DNA of 20,000 nucleotides from an uncultured virus (IMG/VR IMGVR_UViG_3300043438_001944) (IMGVR_UViG_3300043438_001944:51692-71691); one strand, 5' to 3'. Positions 1 through 6,849 are shown, numbered from the stretch's first letter. Program-made: numbers and translations. Notes: generated from the letters alone by a model not told the origin.

Positions 1-262
1 CTTCGTTAGTTACACTCTCAACCCATATGTGGTCGTCGGCATCATACCATATGTTTTCAGGTGAGTTTTTGAACGTACCGTCAATTCTCCATTCAATCCA
101 ATTGACTATATTTCGTGTTGTTTCGGTTTTACCTGCCATTTCGAGGTAAACCATGAATAATTGAAAACATAACGCAAATAATATCCAAAATCCAGCAAAG
201 AAGATGAATAGGTGAGCAAGTTTATGTCCTAGGGTGATTGATAGAGATTTGATTTTTTCCAT
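1..262 (-). CDS. Hypothetical membrane protein, N-terminal part (runs off the window start)
   Basis: Manual translation from ATG at 262: MEKIKSLSITLGHKLAHLFIFFAGFWILFALCFQLFMVYLEMAGKTETTRNIVNWIEWRIDGTFKNSPENIWYDADDHIWVESVTNE..., open to the edge; hydrophobic N-terminal segment; GATATTTATT motif upstream (347-338). Confidence 0.8.
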   Translation of the reverse strand, partial: MEKIKSLSITLGHKLAHLFIFFAGFWILFALCFQLFMVYLEMAGKTETTRNIVNWIEWRIDGTFKNSPENIWYDADDHIWVESVTNE

Positions 263-386
263 ATAAAAATTTTAAGTTTCACCTACCAATTTTCATACGA
301 AAAAAGTAAGTGGAGAGATAAGTTTATTTTGTCTACCAATAAATATCACTTTATGTTGACTAGTCTAAAAAATATTTTAAACTTTT

Positions 387-418
387 ATTGATTATATACA
401 TATTTATTAGTACCTTTA
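387..418 (+). promoter_or_regulatory. Bacteroidota sigma-A-like promoter for the leader/tRNA cluster
   Basis: ATTG (387-390), 20 nt, TACCTTTA (411-418); one mismatch in each element versus TTTG/TAnnTTTG. Confidence 0.5.
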
Positions 419-437
419 TAAAAATAAACAAATTTCA

Positions 438-536
438 ATGAGACAAATAACATATACAACGTCGTTCATGAATCCGCAAATTACGTGGAATGAGCAACCT
501 ATGTCCATATGTCTCGATGATACTGATGTTGGTTAA
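438..536 (+). CDS. Putative attenuator leader peptide, 32 aa (MRQITYTTSFMNPQITWNEQPMSICLDDTDVG)
   Basis: ATG 438 to TAA 536 with A-rich upstream context, followed by a terminator; its 3' end forms an alternative hairpin with the terminator 5' arm. Confidence 0.65.
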   Translation: MRQITYTTSFMNPQITWNEQPMSICLDDTDVG

Positions 537-559
537 TTTAGTTTAACTTAAAATATTAG

Positions 560-600
560 AAAACCTCGGGACTTAAAAATCTCGAGGTTTTTTGTTTTTT
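560..600 (+). terminator. Intrinsic terminator (attenuator) between the leader ORF and the tRNA cluster
   Basis: AAAACCTCGGGA (560-571) pairs with TCTCGAGGTTTT (580-591), followed by a T-rich tail to 600. Confidence 0.8.
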
Positions 601-618
601 ATATAAAACGAGTAATAT

Positions 619-693
619 AGGGTAATGGACTAATGGCTAAGTCACTTGCTTTGGGAGCAAGGTATCATGGAGGTTCGAGTCCTCTTTACCCTA
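619..693 (+). tRNA. trnP: tRNA-Pro(TGG)
   Basis: Acceptor AGGGTAA/TTACCCT; anticodon arm CTTGC-TTTGGGA-GCAAG; T arm GGAGG-TTCGAGT-CCTCT. Confidence 0.92.
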
Positions 694-698
694 CAATT

Positions 699-770
699 GT
701 TGATGTAGCTTAATGGTGAAGCTTTCGGCTGTTAACCGAACGACTATAGGTTCGAGTCCTATCATCAACG
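699..770 (+). tRNA. trnN: tRNA-Asn(GTT)
   Basis: Acceptor GTTGATG/CATCAAC; anticodon arm TTCGG-CTGTTAA-CCGAA; T arm ATAGG-TTCGAGT-CCTAT; G73. Confidence 0.93.
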
Positions 771-775
771 CAAAC

Positions 776-847
776 ATCCGTGTAGTTCAATTGGTAGAAC
801 GCCGCTCTCCAAAAGCGTAGATGAAGGTTCGAGTCCTTACATGGGTG
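776..847 (+). tRNA. trnW: tRNA-Trp(CCA)
   Basis: Acceptor ATCCGTG/CATGGGT; D arm GTTC/GAAC; anticodon loop CTCCAAA; T loop TTCGAGT; single mismatches in the anticodon and T stems. Confidence 0.85.
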
Positions 848-852
848 CATAT

Positions 853-923
853 TGTCCTTTAGTATAGCGGTAGTACAAGTGGTTTTGGTCCATCTAGCTG
901 TGGTTCGAATCCACGAGGGACAT
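853..923 (+). tRNA. trnQ: tRNA-Gln(TTG)
   Basis: Acceptor TGTCCTT/AGGGACA; anticodon arm AGTGG-TTTTGGT-CCATC; T arm TGTGG-TTCGAAT-CCACG. Confidence 0.9.
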
Positions 924-929
924 CAACAA

Positions 930-1000
930 TGCGGGGAGGAGGGTTCCCAACCAGTCTCATAAGCTGTGTTTTTCAGTTTCGACTACTGGCCCCGCAACCA
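930..1000 (+). tRNA. Atypical tRNA-Met(CAT) with reduced D arm and encoded CCA
   Basis: Acceptor TGCGGGG/CCCCGCA plus ACCA (initiator-like); anticodon loop CTCATAA; T arm TCAGT-TTCGACT-ACTGG; D region only ~14 nt. Confidence 0.75.
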
Positions 1001-1044
1001 TTTTTTTATACAAAAAATTTAATTTATATTAAAAGAAAAACACA

Positions 1045-1284
1045 ATGGAAGACAATGTAATAAACAGGTTGGTGCCAAGATTAAGGAAAATAGGTGTTAA
1101 TGTGGAACTATTTGGAAATTATCCTTGGATATACTTGGATAAGGTAAATGGTAATAAAGTAAAACGAGAAGATTTCTTTGAAGGAAATCACGGATTTACA
1201 ATTGCTTTCTTACCTTTGAAGGATGAAAAGATGGAGTTAACCGACATAAAAGAAGTTTTTAAAATAATAAGAAAATATAAATAA
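1045..1284 (+). CDS. Hypothetical phage protein, 79 aa
   Basis: ORF track; A-rich start context; tandem with the next two ORFs. Confidence 0.8.
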   Translation: MEDNVINRLVPRLRKIGVNVELFGNYPWIYLDKVNGNKVKREDFFEGNHGFTIAFLPLKDEKMELTDIKEVFKIIRKYK

Positions 1285-1285
1285 T

Positions 1286-1531
1286 ATGGCGAAGGGAATA
1301 TTAGAATATGATTTAAACGATTCAGACGACGCAATGGCACATCTAAGAGCCGTCAAGTCTTTAGATATGGCAATGGCTTTATGGGACATTGTACATAACA
1401 CTAAAAAAGGTTTAGAATGGTCAATGGAGGGTAAAGAAATTGACAAATATGATGCTTTGGAATTAGTGTATGAAAAAATACACGAAATATTAAATAACCA
1501 TAACATTATAACAGACGAATTAATAAATTAA
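1286..1531 (+). CDS. Hypothetical phage protein, 81 aa
   Basis: ORF track; starts 1 nt after the previous stop. Confidence 0.8.
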   Translation: MAKGILEYDLNDSDDAMAHLRAVKSLDMAMALWDIVHNTKKGLEWSMEGKEIDKYDALELVYEKIHEILNNHNIITDELIN

Positions 1532-1534
1532 AGA

Positions 1535-1957
1535 ATGGAAAATAATGTTGACGCTTTAAAACTTAAAGCTGAATCAGAATTAAGAAGGGTGAAGGACGAA
1601 AGGGAGAAAAGAATTAAGGAGTATTGGAAAAACATACCAAAATTTAATAGTCCTGATGATGTTCCCGACTTACCAAAAGTTAACCAACAAGAATGGAAAG
1701 ATTATTATGTTCCAAAACTGATTGAATCAGGAGCAATACCAAAAACGGAACTAATTGAAAATCAATCATATATTGGAAACCACAGGAATGCTCAGGTAGC
1801 CAAATGGAACGGTCAAAAGTTTGTTTATCGAAGAACCAAGTTTAATAGTGTTTTTGATGATGAATGTAACCATTTTGAGGATGATGATGGGTTTGCCTTA
1901 TTTGTTCCAATTGGACTTGCGACTGAGGAACAATATGAAAAAAACTCTTTACTATAG
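1535..1957 (+). CDS. Hypothetical phage protein, 140 aa
   Basis: ORF track; starts 3 nt after the previous stop. Confidence 0.8.
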   Translation: MENNVDALKLKAESELRRVKDEREKRIKEYWKNIPKFNSPDDVPDLPKVNQQEWKDYYVPKLIESGAIPKTELIENQSYIGNHRNAQVAKWNGQKFVYRRTKFNSVFDDECNHFEDDDGFALFVPIGLATEEQYEKNSLL

Positions 1958-1988
1958 ACAGTAAAGAGTAAACAATAATTTATGATAA

Positions 1989-2020
1989 TTTGGTATATTC
2001 ATAATTATTTCTTATCTTTG
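1989..2020 (+). promoter_or_regulatory. Bacteroidota sigma-A promoter
   Basis: TTTG (1989-1992), 20 nt, TATCTTTG (2013-2020); exact consensus. Confidence 0.75.
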
Positions 2021-2042
2021 TAGGAGAATAAACCTTTGAAAT

Positions 2043-2171
2043 ATGGCTAAAGCTCCAAGAACATCGAGAAGAGTTGCGAAAAAGGCTAGTAAAGCTTTAA
2101 GAAGTAAGAAATCGAGTAGAACCACAAAAACCCTTGCGGGTTCGGCTTTAAGACAACGAAGAAGAAAATAA
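2043..2171 (+). CDS. Small highly basic protein, 42 aa (MAKAPRTSRRVAKKASKALRSKKSSRTTKTLAGSALRQRRRK)
   Basis: Manual translation ATG 2043 to TAA 2171, 22 nt after a consensus promoter; 17 K/R, no acidic residues. Confidence 0.75.
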   Translation: MAKAPRTSRRVAKKASKALRSKKSSRTTKTLAGSALRQRRRK

Positions 2172-2269
2172 AATATTGGTTGATTGGGATTTAACGGGGC
2201 TAGCGAATAGCGAGAAACGCCAATCATAAAAACAGATGTCCACACCCCCATCTTCTGTTTTCCATAGTG

Positions 2270-2342
2270 GCCCGAATAGCTCAGTTGGTAGAGCAGCTGA
2301 TTTGTAATCAGCAGGTCGTCAGTTCGAGTCTGACTTTGGGCT
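2270..2342 (+). tRNA. trnT: tRNA-Thr(TGT)
   Basis: Acceptor GCCCGAA/TTTGGGC; D arm GCTC/GAGC; anticodon arm GCTGA-TTTGTAA-TCAGC; T arm GTCAG-TTCGAGT-CTGAC. Confidence 0.95.
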
Positions 2343-2343
2343 C

Positions 2344-2522
2344 AACAGGTGACGACGGTGGTGGAACCCCACTGTCTATAAATCTCAACACCCGCCTTGA
2401 TTCGCGGTATTATAGCGGTGAGAGTAGAGTTACTACAAGTCGGGAGTAATTAACCCAATGACGAAAGTGTAACCACCAATGAAAATTGGTTATGATGTAC
2501 GAAAGGGTACGAAAAACCTGTT
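2344..2522 (+). ncRNA. Putative structured ncRNA (~180 nt) directly after tRNA-Thr
   Basis: Ends pair (AACAGGT/ACCTGTT); internal stems GACGGTGG/CCACTGTC, CCGC/GCGG and ACCAAT-GAAA-ATTGGT; GC-richer than flanks. Confidence 0.55.
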
Positions 2523-2611
2523 AATTTTTTTGAGACTAATTCAATCGAGGACTTTGTCAACCAGAGCAGTGACTCGGATGGTGCAATTTAAGTTGGGTTA
2601 GAATCAATTTT

Positions 2612-2685
2612 GGATTGTTGGTGAAGTTGGTTATCATGCCACCCTGTCACGGTGGAGTTCACGGGTTCGAGTCCCGTACAGTCCG
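2612..2685 (+). tRNA. trnD: tRNA-Asp(GTC)
   Basis: Acceptor GGATTGT/ACAGTCC; anticodon arm CCACC-CTGTCAC-GGTGG; T arm ACGGG-TTCGAGT-CCCGT; G73. Confidence 0.95.
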
Positions 2686-2687
2686 CA

Positions 2688-2882
2688 CGGTTCGGTTAGT
2701 CACCGAATAGTATGTCCAATATGAAGAGAAGTGGTTTGACGACCATATGGAACTGATGATAGGACAAGGTTCTATTTAGATTGACCGTCTACTGTAAGGG
2801 GTAATATAGTAACCCAATGGTCTATTCCTAACCCGAAAGGGGACAGCTAAGACACCTGTGAGTTGGATAAATGAAGGTGTCA
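2688..2882 (+). ncRNA. Putative structured ncRNA(s) between tRNA-Asp and tRNA-Ser
   Basis: Stems TTCGGT/ACCGAA, TGTCC/GGACA, CCC-GAAA-GGG and GACACCT/AGGTGTC; no credible ORF. Confidence 0.45.
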
Positions 2883-2884
2883 AC

Positions 2885-2972
2885 GGAGAGATGGCAGAGT
2901 TGGCCGATTGCGTCAGTCTTGAAAACTGAAGAACGGGAAACTGTTCCGTGGGTTCGAATCCTACTCTCTCCG
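2885..2972 (+). tRNA. trnS: tRNA-Ser(TGA)
   Basis: Acceptor GGAGAGA/TCTCTCC; anticodon arm TCAGT-CTTGAAA-ACTGA; long variable arm; T arm GTGGG-TTCGAAT-CCTAC; G73. Confidence 0.95.
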
Positions 2973-2975
2973 CAA

Positions 2976-3063
2976 AGAATTAACTAAGATACCGTAAAAT
3001 CGGTAGGTGGTGATTCCAGATTTATCTGTGAACCATTTAAACCCTGATAGCAATGTTAATTCT
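2976..3063 (+). ncRNA. Putative three-way-junction small RNA between tRNA-Ser and tRNA-Glu
   Basis: Perfect 9-bp closing stem AGAATTAAC/GTTAATTCT enclosing TACCG/CGGTA and GGTGGT/ACCATT hairpins. Confidence 0.5.
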
Positions 3064-3068
3064 CATTT

Positions 3069-3140
3069 GCCCCTGTCGACTAAGGGTTAGGTCACATCCC
3101 TTTCACGGATGTAATACGGGTTCGAATCCCGTCGGGGGTA
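3069..3140 (+). tRNA. trnE: tRNA-Glu(TTC)
   Basis: Acceptor GCCCCTG/CGGGGGT; anticodon arm CATCC-CTTTCAC-GGATG; T arm ACGGG-TTCGAAT-CCCGT. Confidence 0.94.
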
Positions 3141-3218
3141 CAAAATTTTTTTATATTAAGATATTGATTTTCAATATTTTATTCTGTATATTTATCATAT
3201 TATTAATATTTATAATAT

Positions 3219-3521
3219 ATGATAGATAAAATCACATTATCGTTAATGTTATTTTTTAACACATTAACATCATCTATCGACCCAAGCCTTTCCGATGAAA
3301 GAAAGTCAGTCAATCAAATAAAAAAAGAGATTAAGTCTCTTGAAAGAAAGATTGAATGGGTTGAAGTAACAGATGAGAATTACGCTAGCAGGGCCGTCAA
3401 AACCAAAGAAATCACGGACGAGATTACCAAATTAAATGGTAAAATTGTAAAGATTGAGAAGGTTGCAAATTTAAAAGATAAGTGGGCTAAGGAGGATTCC
3501 TTAACCAAATCAAAAAAATGA
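3219..3521 (+). CDS. Hypothetical exported coiled-coil protein, 100 aa
   Basis: Hydrophobic N-terminus then a charged heptad-like region; AATATTTATA motif ends 4 nt upstream. Confidence 0.8.
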   Translation: MIDKITLSLMLFFNTLTSSIDPSLSDERKSVNQIKKEIKSLERKIEWVEVTDENYASRAVKTKEITDEITKLNGKIVKIEKVANLKDKWAKEDSLTKSKK

Positions 3522-3967
3522 AAAAAATTATTTTAATGCTTACGTTACTTTTGGGAGTGGAAGTCGTGGCAAATGGACAAGAGTGGTTTATAACCGCCAC
3601 TCGAAAAGGCGGTCCATCAGATGGTTATATAACAGGTGGGTTTATGAAAAAAGGTTGGGGATTTTATGCGGGACTTCCGTATGGTGAAGTAGGTGGTACC
3701 AATGGTGGAATTACAATTCCCCCTGGCGTCAACACTAATACAGGAAACGTATCTGATAACATGAAGTTCGGTGTTCTTAGACAAGTAAAAGAGGACAAGG
3801 CGATTGTTGGATTTGGATTACAACCAACAGTTGATGGTAACAAACCAAATCTTCTTATAATGTACAATCCACTTAGACCAAGTAGTGTTTTAAATCTATG
3901 GACAATTGGTAATATGGTTGGTGATGATTTTACATTAGGACTTGGATTATCATATAAAGTAAAATAA
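3518..3967 (+). CDS. Putative small outer-membrane beta-barrel protein with signal peptide, 149 aa
   Basis: MKKIILMLTLLLG...ANG-Q signal peptide; Gly/aromatic alternating strands; C-terminal LGLGLSYKVK resembles a beta-signal; ATGA overlap with the previous gene. Confidence 0.65.
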   Translation: MKKIILMLTLLLGVEVVANGQEWFITATRKGGPSDGYITGGFMKKGWGFYAGLPYGEVGGTNGGITIPPGVNTNTGNVSDNMKFGVLRQVKEDKAIVGFGLQPTVDGNKPNLLIMYNPLRPSSVLNLWTIGNMVGDDFTLGLGLSYKVK

Positions 3968-3984
3968 AAATTTTTAGTTGTGTT

Positions 3985-4026
3985 AAACCCCCGAACAAAC
4001 TAAAAATGTTCGGGGTTTTTTATTTC
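3985..4026 (+). terminator. Intrinsic terminator
   Basis: CCCCGAACA / TGTTCGGGG hairpin followed by a T run. Confidence 0.8.
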
Positions 4027-4069
4027 ACTTTTTTTCTTTATATTCTAATTATAATAAAACTATTTGTTT

Positions 4070-5272
4070 ATGACATGGAATTACGAAAACACTTATTTAG
4101 TTCATATTGAACTTTCTAATCGATGTAATGCCGCCTGTCCTCTTTGCCCAAGATATGTAAACCATTCCTTAAAGGTAAATCCTGAATTAGATTTGGATAG
4201 TGTTTCTTTAGTGAATTTCAAAAAATGGTTTCCGTTAGATTTTATTCAGAAAAGTAAAAGTTGGATTTTTTGTGGGACCAATGGTGATCCGATGATGGCA
4301 AAAGACGCATATGAAATTTTAGAATATGTTGTAAAAAATTCAAAAGCCAAAATTCAAATAAACACAAACGGGTCAATGAGGGATGTAAAATTTTGGGCGA
4401 AATTAGGAAAACTTTTTGCGGAACCATGTGAGAATAGTAGATATGTGGTTTTTAGTGTGGATGGTTTAGAAGATACGAATCACATTTACAGAAGAAATGT
4501 TAAGTGGGATAATGTTATGAAGAATATGAAGTCATACATTAAATCAGGAGCATTAGGAATTTGGGACTTTTTAATTTTTAAACACAATGAACATCAATTA
4601 GTTGAAGCTGAGACATTAGCGAAAAAAATCGGTATCACATTTTCACCTAAGAGACCTTTTGGATTTGAAACACATGAACCTGATGTATACCAAGATTTAA
4701 TGGTTTACGATGAGAATGGAAATTTCCTTTATAGAATTGAACCCGCAACTGAACAATTTAGATTAAATCATTCAGTTAAGAAATTTGAAATTAGTGAAGA
4801 TAAAATTTGGTTACCAAACGACAAACCAACTAAAGAATCGATTGATAAAAAGTGGAATGATGTAATTAATAATAATTTAAAAGATTTTGAATTTCCTGAA
4901 AGGTTTAAAGGTAAAGCAGTAAATTGTAAATCGTGTCACCAAGCTGGTATGGAAATATATGTCGATTGTAAAGGAAACGTTATGCCGTGTTGTTTTGTTG
5001 GTACCATGCACAATAGTAATTTTCAAAACAACGAAACTTTACAAATCAGAAAAGAAATTAATAACTACGGTAAAGATAAAATAAACCTAAATAATTATTC
5101 TTTAGTCGAAATTTTAGATAGTGATTATTTGGATTCTGTTTATGCTAATAGATGGGAGAATGCTAAAAGTGATAAAGATAAAATGGTTTATTGTTTTAGT
5201 ACATGTTCTACTGACCATATGAAAGACCTTTTTGTTAAAAAAGATGGATTACCAATTAGTGAGATTAAATAA
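4070..5272 (+). CDS. Radical SAM protein with C-terminal SPASM/twitch-type domain
   Basis: CNAACPLC (CxxxCxxC), GTNGDP, INTNGS and FSVDG motifs; C-terminal C..EIYVDCKGNVMPCC..C..C; ATG 4070 preferred over TTG 4064. Confidence 0.9.
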   Translation: MTWNYENTYLVHIELSNRCNAACPLCPRYVNHSLKVNPELDLDSVSLVNFKKWFPLDFIQKSKSWIFCGTNGDPMMAKDAYEILEYVVKNSKAKIQINTNGSMRDVKFWAKLGKLFAEPCENSRYVVFSVDGLEDTNHIYRRNVKWDNVMKNMKSYIKSGALGIWDFLIFKHNEHQLVEAETLAKKIGITFSPKRPFGFETHEPDVYQDLMVYDENGNFLYRIEPATEQFRLNHSVKKFEISEDKIWLPNDKPTKESIDKKWNDVINNNLKDFEFPERFKGKAVNCKSCHQAGMEIYVDCKGNVMPCCFVGTMHNSNFQNNETLQIRKEINNYGKDKINLNNYSLVEILDSDYLDSVYANRWENAKSDKDKMVYCFSTCSTDHMKDLFVKKDGLPISEIK

Positions 5273-5277
5273 AACAC

Positions 5278-5994
5278 ATGGATAAAAAAATATTATTTAT
5301 TGGTGATAGTTGGGTTACGAATTTATTTAATAACTACGTATGGGGTACTAAATGTCCAATTAAAAGTTTTTGGATTGATGAAGGATTTACTCCTTATTTT
5401 TTAGGTGACCCTAGTAGAGATACTCAAACAATTATAGATTTATGGATAAAGTGTATACCTCACTTAACACCTGATGATTTATTAGTGATATTCTTACCAG
5501 TTTTTAATCGAACAAGACTTCCATTAAATGAAAAGGAATTTTATCCTATTATGGGTGACGTTACAAAAGTTAATAGCCGATTTAGAGGAACCAAATCATA
5601 TAACCCAAAATTTACTTTTTTAGAAATATGGGGTAATGAATATAGTTTTGATTACTTCAGTAAAAAAATGGAAACTCAAGAATTAATTAATGGTAGTAAT
5701 TCATCAATTTTAAATTATATTGAGGTTATCGATTCATTATGTAAAATAACACCATGTAAAAAACTTGTTCATTGTTGGGATTATAAAAAACATGATAGTG
5801 AGGTTATCGTTTATCGAGATGAGATGACTGAGTTGGTTGGAATGTGGGAAACAAGAGCGGAAATACATAGAAGAACTAATGGAGAACAAGAAATGGAGGG
5901 GGATTCTCATTGGAGTGATGAAATGAATTTAAAATTTATGGATTTCTTAAAAAAACATTTTAGTAAAAAGTATAAACAAAAACGTTTGATATGA
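5278..5994 (+). CDS. SGNH/GDSL-like hydrolase/acyltransferase, 238 aa
   Basis: N-terminal ILFIGDSW and C-terminal DSHW (DxxH-like) motifs. Confidence 0.65.
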   Translation: MDKKILFIGDSWVTNLFNNYVWGTKCPIKSFWIDEGFTPYFLGDPSRDTQTIIDLWIKCIPHLTPDDLLVIFLPVFNRTRLPLNEKEFYPIMGDVTKVNSRFRGTKSYNPKFTFLEIWGNEYSFDYFSKKMETQELINGSNSSILNYIEVIDSLCKITPCKKLVHCWDYKKHDSEVIVYRDEMTELVGMWETRAEIHRRTNGEQEMEGDSHWSDEMNLKFMDFLKKHFSKKYKQKRLI

Positions 5995-6782
5995 TTAAAT
6001 CAAATAAAAAATACGATAATTTAATAACATTTGGTTGTTCTTTTACTGGTGGACATCTTTTGGGTGAAGAAGGTTCATGGGGTTTTGCACTTTCCAAACT
6101 ATTAAATTGTAATCATGTTAATAAAAGTGGGGGTGGGTCAAACACAAATATGGTTTCTAATATCATAAATTATTGTGAAAATAACGACATGACCGATTCT
6201 TGTATTGGTATTCAATGGAGTGAAGTTACAAGAAGAGAATATTGGGACGATAATAACAATAGATTCAACACATTAGGTTTAGGAACTTTTGATCCCCAAC
6301 ATAAAATCCTTGAACGAGATAATAGTCATTACGATTCATTAAGTTTTATAAAAAATAATTATTCTTTTTTTGGACCGATGTGGTTTAATCTTTCTGAAAA
6401 TTTACTAAGGACTATAATCGCTATGATTAGTATAAAGTCATATTTAAAAAATAAGAATATTGATTTTATAATGTTTGAAGGAATAAACTCAATTAAAACA
6501 ATAAATAAATCGTTTTACCCTGAGAATTATAAAACAGATATTAATCACTATGGGTCATCACAAGGAAACGATTTTAGTTTATTGAGGGATGAGATAAGAA
6601 TATCACTATTAAATGATGACACATTTTATAGTGAATTGGGTGATTGGATGAATGCAATGTATGAACATCCCAACTTTGATACAAAATTAAATGATGGACA
6701 TCCACATCAAGAAATAGTTGATTGGTGGGTTGGTAACATATATCAACACATTAAAAATGTTGAGGATAAAAATAATTTTTAA
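5991..6782 (+). CDS. SGNH-like protein, 263 aa
   Basis: TFGCSFT block I variant, NKSGGGSN block II, C-terminal DGHP; ATGA overlap. Confidence 0.65.
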   Translation: MIKSNKKYDNLITFGCSFTGGHLLGEEGSWGFALSKLLNCNHVNKSGGGSNTNMVSNIINYCENNDMTDSCIGIQWSEVTRREYWDDNNNRFNTLGLGTFDPQHKILERDNSHYDSLSFIKNNYSFFGPMWFNLSENLLRTIIAMISIKSYLKNKNIDFIMFEGINSIKTINKSFYPENYKTDINHYGSSQGNDFSLLRDEIRISLLNDDTFYSELGDWMNAMYEHPNFDTKLNDGHPHQEIVDWWVGNIYQHIKNVEDKNNF

Positions 6783-6810
6783 CATTTTAGGTTTTTAATT
6801 TTTTTATTCT

Positions 6811-6834
6811 TATATTAGTATAGGTTCTTTGAAA
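6811..6834 (+). promoter_or_regulatory. -7-like element plus boxA-like element upstream of tRNA-Leu
   Basis: TATATTAG (6811-6818) then GGTTCTTTGAAA (6823-6834). Confidence 0.55.
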
Positions 6835-6849
6835 TTTTAAAAAAAATAT

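Noticed and set aside
2181..2240. SAM-II riboswitch suggested by a stem followed by GATTTAAC
   Set aside because: The required 3' GCTAAA pseudoknot strand is absent.
2267..2449. ORF-track 60-aa ORF
   Set aside because: It overlaps tRNA-Thr and the structured RNA; the translation is a typical tRNA shadow.
2753..2800. Hammerhead ribozyme suggested by CTGATGA followed by a stem
   Set aside because: No GAAA follows stem II and no stem I/III arrangement is present; the same applies to CTGATGA at 9636-9642.
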